64,000 nucleotides of DNA, taken from Ptychomitrium polyphyllum (Eukaryota). The notes below the pieces were generated by a model. That model was not told the origin of the DNA. It made no database searches and saw nothing but the letters and a program-made list of their open reading frames with translations. The position numbers and the translations under genes were made by a program. The stretch is from contig OZ316775.1 of the NCBI GenBank assembly GCA_973851085.1, forward strand, positions 8,122,001-8,186,000, in the 5' to 3' direction. Positions 1-10,316 of this stretch are shown here, one piece after another (the first letter of the stretch is position 1; the number at the start of each line of letters is the position of its first letter).

Positions 1-1
1 A

Positions 2-460
2 TTTTCTGAACCACCAGAAGCTTATGAATCTATCAACACCGCAGAGATCAGGTCACAAAGGATTTCGGATCCATCTCTTGCAAATGAACCAAGCAACACC
101 ATGGAAAGGAGGTCACAGGCTTTTTCCGAGCCATCACAAGCATTTGAATCAAGCAACAATGTGGAGAGCAGGTCTTTGAAGGTTCTTGAACCAGCATATG
201 AACCAAGCAACACTGTGGAAAGCAGGTCACAGGACTTTTACGAGCCACCACAAGCATTCGAATCAGTCAACAGTGTGGAGTCTTTGGAGGTTCTTGAACC
301 ACCGGTGGCACACGGGTCAAGAGATACTGTTGAGGAAAGGTCACAGGAATTTCCTGAACCTCCACAAGCACGTGAATCGAATTGCACCGTGGAGAGCAGG
401 TCCCAAGAGTTTTCTGGAACTCCAGCATCTGAATCGAGCAAATCTGTGGAGAGCAGCTCC
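2..460 (+). repeat. Coding tandem repeat, ~54-60 bp / 18-20 aa unit (consensus [20 protein letters not shown])
   Basis: Repeated units such as gtggagagcaggtc..cagga.ttt.ctgaacc; about 8 degenerate copies. Confidence 0.85.
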
Positions 461-3400
461 AGAGTCTCTTTAGTGCAGGAGATTCTTGACACCGTCCACG
501 TGCTTACCCCAATTTCAGATTTTCGAACTCATAAAAAGGAGTGTTCCTCCTTCATAAGGCGTGTGAACATGATTGTCCCACTGTTTGAGGAATTCAGAGA
601 CTTGGAGTTGCCTTTGTCTGAAGAAGTTTTGACATGCTTCAGCTCCTTTAAGGCAGCCCTGAACACTGCTAAAAACTTGCTTCTCTTGTGCAGTAAAGGA
701 AGTAAACTTTGGCTGGTAAGATTTAGTCTCCTTTTCTCTAGTTTTGGTCTTTATTATGTTTTGAGGCCTGTTTGGAGGAGGTTTCTTGATTTCCAGTGAT
801 AATGTATTAAGAGTGACGATAATTTTCTTCTCCAGATCTTGGAACAACGAAAAGTGGCAGAGCAATTCTTGTTATTGAGCACCGCTTTGTTACAAGCATT
901 AGACAGGTTGCCAAACTCGTTTGGAATTTCAGATGAAGTGCGGGAGCAGGTAAATTATGATGCTCTGTTAGTCCTGTGCAATATTACTTTGAATTCCCTT
1001 CTATTCTTCAGGACTTTCAACAAGCATCCATGTAACATCTATGTTTGCTATAAGTGGGAGTGTATTAAAACGTGCAGTAAGATGTCATGTTCTTGTTATT
1101 AGGTTCGTGGCTTTAGATTCTAATTTTTGCTAAGTGCTCCAGGTTGACTTAGTATACAATCAACTTAAAAGATCAAGGGGGCTAGAAGATGCTGTTGATG
1201 CTCAGCTAAACACAGAGTTGATTTCAATTTTGGATGAGACAAACGAACGCTCCCCGGATCAACTCACGAAATTTGCTGAGTTGTTTAAGTTTGATACAGC
1301 AAGTGCGCTGATGATAGAATCCCACGCTCTAGATGGGATGACATTAGAAAAAGAACCGTCAATTCCTTTTCCAGTAAGTGTGCGAGGATTTGATCAAATT
1401 TCTGGACTTCTAAATGATTTGAGAAATTTATTCTCATCAGAAGATTTAGAGCTACATGAGTACTTTAAACCATCAGGAGCAAATGGATCAAGCAACGCCA
1501 TGGAGAGCACTTTACAGGAATCTTCTACATCACCACCACGATCTCCATACAGTTCAAGCAACAGCATGGAGGACAGATCTCTTGGATACTCTGAACCACT
1601 GCAAGTCGATAGGGATAAGAAGATCAAGTTACATGAATCTTCTGCACCAGCACCACCAGCACCAGCACCACTTCCATCCAATTCAAGCAATAGCTTAGAG
1701 GGCAGATCTCATGATTTTTCTACACAGCCACTACGATCTCCTTACAGTTCAAGCAACAGCGTTGAGAGCAAATCTCTTGAGTACTCCGAACTATCACGTC
1801 AAGTCAATAACGAGAAGATCAGCTCACAGGAATCTTCTGCACCACCAACGTACAAGTCAAGCCACAGTTTCGAGGCTAGACCTCCACATGAACATTCAGA
1901 AGCTCCACAGGTATATAGACCGAGCAAGACCTTCGGGGGCAGGCCGAGTGAATTTTCTGAACCAACACATAGCTCAAGTAGTACTCCTGAGAGCAGATCA
2001 CAGGAGTTTTCCGAATATTCAAGCAAGCCTGAATTTCCGGAACATTCTCCAGTACAAAAGATATGGAATGGCTTGGAGGGCGGACCTTCTGAAGCTTCTG
2101 AACCATTATCAACACGTAGAATGAGTAGCTCCTCTGGGAGCAGGCGACATGAACCTTCTGAACTTTTTCCAGTGTACAAGTCAAGCAATGACTCCGAAAG
2201 CAGGCGGCATGAGTCCCTTGAACTAGCACCATCGTACAGATCGAGCTCCTCTTCTGTAGTAAGTTCTGAGGAGTTTTCTGGTTCTGGTCCATTCAGAGCG
2301 CATGGAGGAATGCAAAACCCTGTTTCTAATTCGCCAGAACTGCGTAGGACAGCCACATCTGCAGATGAACCGTTGCCTCATTCCCCGAGAGCAGAGAATG
2401 CCCGCAGCGCTTCATGCCCGATAACTAGAACAAGCAATTCAATTATTGAGGATGTTGTGAAAAAGTATACTTGGGACCAAGTTCTGGATATGACGAATGA
2501 TCTGACCAAAACCATTGGTAAGGGTGGTTTCGGTGCTGTGTACATGGGCAAGTTGGAGAATGAGAAAGAGGTAGCGGTGAAAATCCTAGATCCATCTTCT
2601 CAGCAAGGCATAACCGAGTTTCTTAATGAGGTATAACGGGATATGTTCTGTCTATGTGCTGGTAATGTTGAATCGATGTGTTAGTATACTTCAAACGATC
2701 ATTACAGCCAGTGTTATACTAGATTTAGAATCATGTCTGGTGTATTTTCTGCATCATAGTATATGTACTGATCCGGTCATGTTGTGGCAGGTGAATCTGC
2801 TTAAAAGAGTGAACCATGTGAATTTGGTGAGACTCTTGGGTTACTGCCTAGATGAAAAACAGGTTTTAATATACGAATTTGCAGAAGAAGGGAGTATATG
2901 GGACCATCTTCAAGGTCAGCAGCACCATCCTCTGTAAAGAAATGGAGAAGTCAAAAGTTTACTGCATTCTTACAGCATTAGAGATAAAGAAAATTGCTGT
3001 GTTTGAGTGTGAGTGCCTCTGCAATAGGATTAACTCGTGTAGTGCAATGAAATGCAGTGGGGGGGAAAATTCTCGACTGGAAGACGCGACTCAACATTGC
3101 ATTACAGTCTGCATGTGGTATGAAAATCATTCTTACAACGGTTTCTTTTGGGCTCATCAAAAGCACTGTTGCCTTTGGCATAAATCTTCAATGAAGTGTG
3201 TACACCGTCGCGAAGTTGCAAGATTATTTAAAGATCTTGTATTGTTTGTGCGTGATGATTCTGGACAAATATTTTGAAGATAAGAATGCTTACATTTGAT
3301 CTCTTATGTGTTACATTAGTTTACGAATGAGCAAAGAAAGACAACGTACTGACTACCGGGAAACATTGTTTGTATCAGGGCTGGAGTACTTACACACCGG

Positions 3401-4422
3401 GTGTCATCCAAGAATTATTCATAGAGACATTAAGAGCCAGAATATTCTTCTTACGAAAAGCTTTGTTGCAAAAGTTGCCGATTTTGGGCTGTCAAAGTTG
3501 GGTGCTGACCAAGACAATATCAGCAAGACCCATGTTACCACCATGGTGAAAGGAACTCTGGGGTATCTAGATCCAGAGTATGTCTTCTATCCCATTCGAG
3601 GATCCTAATTGCCACGATTTGCATGCTACACTATCGACTGACACACAAGATTCTTTTTTCTGTTTATCAATCCTGCAGCGCTTGCTGTGATATTGCACGT
3701 TGTAGTGGTACCTGGCCTTAAGCTGTTCTCAATTATTCGATAATGCGATGCAGCCAGCAGAGAAATTCCGCAGTATTCGACATATGCAGGAAGTTTGAAG
3801 CTGTAGTTCTAACAACTTCCCTGCTTGTGTGATGGTCCTGACAAAACCTAAGGAATTGATACCCTCCAATCTGGATGAGATTGTACAGGTATCTGAAAAC
3901 CGGCCAACTAACGGAGAAGAGTGATGTATACAGTTTTGGAGTTGTTCTACTGGAAATTATTACAGGCCGGAAACCAATCCAAAACACTGATAGAAAATGC
4001 TTTATTGGTGATTGGGTAAGCCAGTTTTTTCTCTTGTTATTGGTCACAAGATAGGTCTAGTCACTTCTTGGGAGGGTCATTCTCTGCCATAAGGGATGGT
4101 TTATTTTAATTTATTGTTTCTTACATCTTAGTTTTTACTGAATGCTGACTTGATTCTGAAAATTGTGCTTATTTAGGTGGAGGAACACTACAATAGTAAT
4201 AGCAGTAGTAGCAGAGGACTTAAATCCGTTGCAGATCCAACTTTAGGTGGCCAATTCAATTCTAAAGCATTGAAACTGGTGTTAAACGTTGCTAAAGACT
4301 GCATCCAACCTTATGGGTTAGATCGTCCAGATATGCCGGAAGTAGTTCATGTACTTAGAAAAGCACTGATGGTGGAACATGATGAAAAGAAATCTTCAAA
4401 GTTTTTTTCTTTTCTATCGTAA
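2..4422 (+). CDS. Chimeric cytoplasmic protein kinase: Ser/Glu-rich repeats + plant U-box N-terminal (UND, PUB13-like) domain + repeats + RLK/Pelle (LRR-I-like) kinase; 5' end lies upstream of the window
   Basis: The frame is open from base 2. GT-AG exons splice in frame: <2-715, 836-949, 1143-2630, 2791-2914, 3058-3117, 3379-3577, 3889-4015, 4177-4422. UND-like text: [44 protein letters not shown]...[21 protein letters not shown]...[21 protein letters not shown]. Kinase motifs [31 protein letters not shown] and SDVYSFG are all intact. No TM helix, U-box or ARM repeat is visible in the window. Confidence 0.88.
1450..2290 (+). repeat. Second array of the same Ser/Glu/Pro-rich coding repeat, including a ~195-bp higher-order duplication (~1533-1650 vs ~1728-1846)
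   Basis: Units such as [27 protein letters not shown] and ESRSQEFSE. Duplicated block ccac(c/t)acgatctcc(a/t)tacagttcaagcaacagc...aatcttctgcacca. Confidence 0.8.
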
Positions 4423-4864
4423 AGTTCAGTATGAACCATGTGTATACGATGATGCAGTAATAAAGTAGCATTTGTTCATACCCATCCTTATTCTAGTTTT
4501 CCTGTTCTCCCAGTTATGGGCGACTTAATGTAATCCAGCCGGGTTGTATTTACATAACAACGAACTGTAGTTACACACATTGTTCTAGTAGAACAAAATC
4601 AAGTCGTTTGAATTGCTACATAACACTGCCACTTCTGAGAGATATCATCGCATGCAGAGAAATGTGCAACAACAACAAATCAAAGAGGATAAAATAGAAT
4701 TCAAAGTAACCGACGCCAATCTCATCAAGGTATAAACATCTACCAGGTTTGAGCACAATCAACGATTTTGAAGTGCCGAACTGGACTGTTCTCGTCGTGA
4801 AATTATGGTACATTGACTATGTGGTTGAAACCAAGTCCAGTTACACTCATGTACAGAAACGGCT

Positions 4865-6482
4865 TCACTCCTGTTTTTGACTCAAGTTTAGCCCAGGTTG
4901 AGACGGAGGAACTAGACGTAGTCTGAACTTCTCTTCAAATTCTGCCAGCAAGCAATCATGCAGCAATTTCAACAAACTCGCGGCATTTTCATGTGTTAAT
5001 CCGCAAGAATTCTCTAAGAGCTTCGCTACACTTGTCACAGAGTAGTCAGAAATCCCGCAGGGTATAATATCCGAAAAAGGTGCCAGGTCTGTTGTAGCAT
5101 TAAGTGCAAGTCCGTGGTAAGTGATCCACCGTGACACTCGAACACCAATTGCTGCAACCTACAAACATCAACCTTGTGGTCAGTTCAACACTAGTGTAAT
5201 CGCCAGAATACAGCATTTATATACTAAAACCACATCACATGGGGCAGTGTTTCCACATTACGCATCTGCAACACATATGAGTCACACAAGTTCCACATCT
5301 TTACACTAACATGCACATACTGAGATCTCTATGGAGTAGAGAAAGAGATTGAAATCCAGCACTAATTCAAAGGTACGTGCAATGTTCTTATGAAATTAAG
5401 TGCTTGAAATCTGAGAAGTTGAGACACCTATGGACCAATAACGAACACTAGTTATAATCCACATAATGCTAATGAAAGATTTTAATGAAATGCAGCACAA
5501 ACACCAAGAAAAACCTGTTCACAATATTTCGAAGAAATCTACACTACCTTCTGGTTGCCGACCCAGACGCCAGTAAGGCCCTCGATGCGGTGGGCTTGAA
5601 TTCCGCACGCCATATCAAGCGCACCAATTACAACTTCCTCGAGAGTTCTAAGATACCAGTGCAAGTCCATGTTATGGTGCCGCAGGTTAAGAATCGGGTA
5701 CATGACAAGCTGCCCAGGGCCATGGTATGTAACCTGCATCAGCCAACTCAAGTATAAAAGTAAAGAACCAGTAATCATGAAAAAACAAAAGCTGAAACAT
5801 AAATCACACATCAACTTGCGACCACAAACTGGTCATCCAATCCCATACACTATTTACAAAGAGGAAACACATTTCAAAACTTAACAATTTAGGGCAAGAA
5901 GTGCTTCTCCTCCACACCGACCTCTCCTCCACGTTCCGTCCGGTGAAGCTCGAAGGGAGGATCACTGACATCAAACTTCAAATTCGCTTCCGAGCTTCGT
6001 GTACCCAACGTGTACACCGACGGATGCTGCAAAACGACGAGACTGTCATCGAAATCCTCACCTCGCTTCAACATGGCAACTTTCGCCTCCACGCACGATT
6101 TCTGCCACCGCCAAGCATCGACATACGGAACCAGCACGTCGAAATGATCCTCGCACTCGCAGATTCTCCTGCTCTGTGCTCCCCCGACCCCCCGATCCTC
6201 CGCTGCCAGTGCCAGGCGCCACCACAGCAGCTCCGAAGCTCCCCATCCTTGTACCCCTGGCGCCCGTAACCTGCATCCCGCCAGCGCCTGCGGATACGAA
6301 ACCCTAGCTGTCGTGTGACCGTGGCGTTGTGAAGCCCCCGGAGTAAGCCTGCACACATGCCATGCGCGCCCCTGCACTGCCTCCCCCATGGCTGCGCCCC
6401 CAATGGCGCCACTCCCCCTACACTGGTGGACTGTCACGCCCCGCCCCGCTCCATCGTGTCCCCCAAACGCCCTCAGGCGCAT
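4865..6482 (-). CDS. LIP2: Octanoyltransferase / lipoyltransferase 2 (LipB), plastid type
   Basis: Exons 6482-5922, 5733-5548 and 5158-4865, all phase-0 GT-AG. Motifs [60 protein letters not shown] and IIPCGI. Long GC-rich N-terminal extension resembling a transit peptide; the exact start ATG is uncertain. Confidence 0.93.
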
Positions 6483-9057
6483 TTCTTGACTGCCATTGCC
6501 GTTGCGTGCCCCGCTACCCCTTGCTAAGGGGTCTTAGGGGTGGTGGGCCCCCTCCTAGTTTTGTGACGGTCCTCCCTATTCTCCATGCATGCTATTATGG
6601 TCGTTTTTGTATTTGTTTGGTTTTTTTCTCTCATTGATTTATTCATTCTAATTGAGTTATTCATGACAAAGAGCAATAAAGTTGTTTTTGGTGTATTGCC
6701 TAATTTGTACTAGACATGAATAAAAGTCTGCAAATATTCTTTTTCAGAGAATGAACTTATATATCCTATAAAGGATTTTGAATTTAGATAAGTTACTTTT
6801 GAACGATTATTGTTAATATAATAGTACTGTACTTAAATTATCTTGTAAGCTATATCTTGTAAATTTTTATATCTTGTGAAAATAGAAAACTTATTAAATA
6901 TATATTTAAAAAAAAAATTCTTTAGTATTAATGTGGTTCACAATCATAGTATGCAAATATATAAAATAAAAGTATAATTTGACGTTGTTGACAATCAATC
7001 TTAAGAATGATACTATTTTAATGTTTATAAATATAATATCAATGTAACTTTAAGAAAAAGTGCCAACTAGAATGACAAGTGGTGTGCATGTGTATAAATA
7101 ATATAATTCTATATTTCACCACATTTTAATGATTTTAATAAATAACATCAATCCTTTTAAATATTAAATTATACTTTCAATATAGTTAATGTTGCTTCTA
7201 TATGAATGTTATAAGCCATAAGCAATGAAACAAATGCAACTTCATTCAAATTGTGTCTATATCATTTGGTAATAAATACTAAGGTAGAATAGTCCAGCAC
7301 TACTAGAGATCCAAGGCCACTTGCTACTAAAAAATTAATAACAACTATAAGCATTATCATTGATAATCAAACTTTTATTATTAATAATTCATATTACTAG
7401 TAGCAAGTGTATATAATGGCTTAATGAGTGGTGGTGATATCATGAACTAGTGGTAATAGATATAAAAAAAATGTACAAAAGGTGAACTAGGAAAATCTAA
7501 ATTATCATCTTCATAAGAAGACATTAAATTTTTAATGGAGTTATGGCTTCAAATGATACTTAATGACAACTTTGCTCAAAATTTGAAGCCATAGTTCCAT
7601 TGAAATGAAGGCGTCTCTTAAATTATTTGGCTATTTAAAATTTCTTTAAAGGCCCATATTTAGTAAAAACCTTATTTATATTCATTTAAAGAAGGATTTG
7701 CATAGTGAGCATAAGCTTGATGCATGGTGATTATTGAACATAATTTGGATGATCACACACTCATTTAGTGGTGGTTATTAGTCATTGTTTGGATGGTTAA
7801 TGGATTGATCTATTTATAAATTCTAATCTTTTGCCAAGATACCTTTTAAAATTTTATTTTTATTAAAAAACATGTTTTTAAGAAAAACATTGTCTTGAAC
7901 TTCAAACCTTATTTTTAATCCACCTAAAATCAATGAAATCTTATAGAATGTTTGCAACACGCATTCCTTATTGCTGTGGTAGTAGACTGTTCCACCGAAT
8001 TTAGAGACAATGTTTGGCCACATCTGTTAAAGATTGTCTGTCAGAAATATGCAACCTGCTGCTCAGTGCATAAAGCTTACATGTGACTATCATCCAGTCA
8101 TCCCAATTTCTGCAGCAATGCTTCTGAGTCAGACAATGGCTCCAATTCTCTGCCAGCATGTCCTGTTCCCGCTGTCAACACAAATCTGACTTCTGATTTC
8201 TTCACAGCACTTGGTTATGGCTTAAGGCTGGAATCTGTACATGCCTATGTTAGGATTTCCTTCATAAATTGCAGAATGTCATGGAACTGAATCTGACTTT
8301 CCTGCAACAAAAGAATCACACCAGCTTATATGGAAAAACTAAACTAACTCAATATATTCCTAGATACGGGCATGCTTTTAAGAGATGGTCAATGCAGCAA
8401 CGCTTTAAGATGGTTATTATTACAAGGCAGCTTGGCATTGGCACATATCTAATGCCAGGACATTAGGATCAACTTCAGAGAATGTAAGTTAAGTTTCATG
8501 CTGAAATCATACAAACAATGTATCAAAACTTGGTAGAATTGTAATTTCTCATTCCAATACAACTACCTATTTGTAAAACAATATGGGTGTTAAATTAGTT
8601 TGTGAGACATTCTCAGAGAATGAAGCACGTTAAATATAGGGTTGAAGAATGGCATGCATGAATGAGAACTTTTTCCTCCTACTTTGGAGGAAGAAAAATG
8701 AGTGAAGTGACAAGTTCTGAGCAATTGTCACCATTCCCAATCTTTCCACCCCTCTAGCTCTTCATCATCCCCTAGATTTAGCATGCTCCATGTCACAGGT
8801 ACTAAGCAGTATGTTGCAACTTCGAGATTGAGTTGATTATTCAATTAGACTTAAGTTAATTAGATTAGCAACAGTACTAATCCTCCACTCATGATCCCAC
8901 GCAATCGTGAACCCAAATCAATCAATTGTTCTCCTTCTTTTACACGAGGGCCGGGCACATTCACCACTTCCAGTGTCGTCAACTGGTACCTGGACAATAC
9001 TCAAATGATACTCAGGCAATACTGATTCGATAACTCGACTGATACTCGAGCAGGAGT

Positions 9058-9630
9058 GTAGAGAAATGGACATGATAAAATTACGTTCTAAGCCAGGCAA
9101 AGCTCCTTCTGTATGTGCGCGCGCGTTCGCGTGCCACTGCTTCAGATCTACTTCATTCTCACTTGCTATTTGTTTTACAGTTTTGAATTGTAAACACTAG
9201 GTTTGGACTTCGTTCATCTCCATTAAGCGGCTCGCTTCAATATGCAAGGAGCCAGGAAACTAGGACAGAACCTTCTTTCGCAAAGAAGAGATGATGCTTC
9301 CACAACTCCCACTCTTCCACTGATACCTAGGCTAATACTTATCTAATACTCTTGTGATACTTGTCCGATACTTGTACGACAACCTGGTGATGCTTTTGCG
9401 GATACGTAGAGAAATGAACATGAGAGGCTCCTTGTGTGTGCTGCTGCTTCAGATTTTTTTCGTTTTGAGATCACTTGCCATTTGTTTCACAGTTTTGTAT
9501 CCTAGCCATTAGGTTTTCACTTCGCTAGTCTCCATTTTTGTAACTCGCATTTGTAGCAGGTTACGGCGTTGCCTCACGAGGAGCCGGACAAGGAGCGAAC
9601 GTGTGTTTGTCAACAGCAGACGGATGCTTT
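9058..9630 (+). repeat. Degenerate direct duplication (~348-bp period) upstream of the RLK
   Basis: gtagagaaatg(g/a)acatga...tgcttcagat...tcacttgc(t/c)atttgttt(t/c)acagttttg...ttcg...tctccatt occurs at ~9058 and again at ~9406. Confidence 0.7.
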
Positions 9631-10316
9631 GTAAGGATCATTGTGGCGAGTATTGAAATATTTAGAACGGGAGTTTGATAAGCCCGCGCTCAGCTTCTCG
9701 TGGACATTTTTTGCACTTAGCAAGGTGAGAAGTCACAGGAATGAAATATGTGAGTGCTCGAGAGTAGGCATTTGAACATACAGCAGGATATGGAATAATG
9801 CTTGATTTTCTTGCTCCGGAAGACGCTGTTTCTTGCTTATTTGGTTCTTAGTTAAGGAAATCTTAGTGGTCTCCATCGGCTAATTACCAAGGTTGTCTTT
9901 CGAATAGGAGTTGAACATGTCCGAAAGAACTTTTGGTTTTCTTGCTCGTTCAGAGTCTAGAAAAGCGAGTTGATTGTTCTTTAGTTAACGAAACGTTGTC
10001 GATCGCCATAAATTCGTCAGTTGCGTTGTCTTTCTGAGAGGTGTTGAATACCTGTATGGTCTCTTGACCTCACCTAAACACCAGCGACAGATCTTTTAAA
10101 TATTCATAGCTACGTTTGCTCTGTCTTGCCGTACTTCCATTATTTAAACCAACAGAAAGTGGCAGAATGGGCACTACTAATGCATTCTTCGAGCAGGAGA
10201 ATCGAAGCTGGTCTAGTTTCCTGTGCGGATAGGTGTTTGGTGCTTCACTTGTTATGATTGGTGACCGATACTGGATATTAAATTGAATCAAATGGATCCT
10301 TCAGGCAGCTGAAAAG

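Noticed and set aside
22..2356. Several long antisense ORFs over the kinase gene repeats
   Set aside because: Shadow frames of low-complexity coding repeats with no independent signal.
7950..8490. Exon-like, moderately GC-rich segment with short ORFs between LIP2 and the RLK
   Set aside because: No recognisable protein motif and no consistent splice model; cannot be supported without a search.
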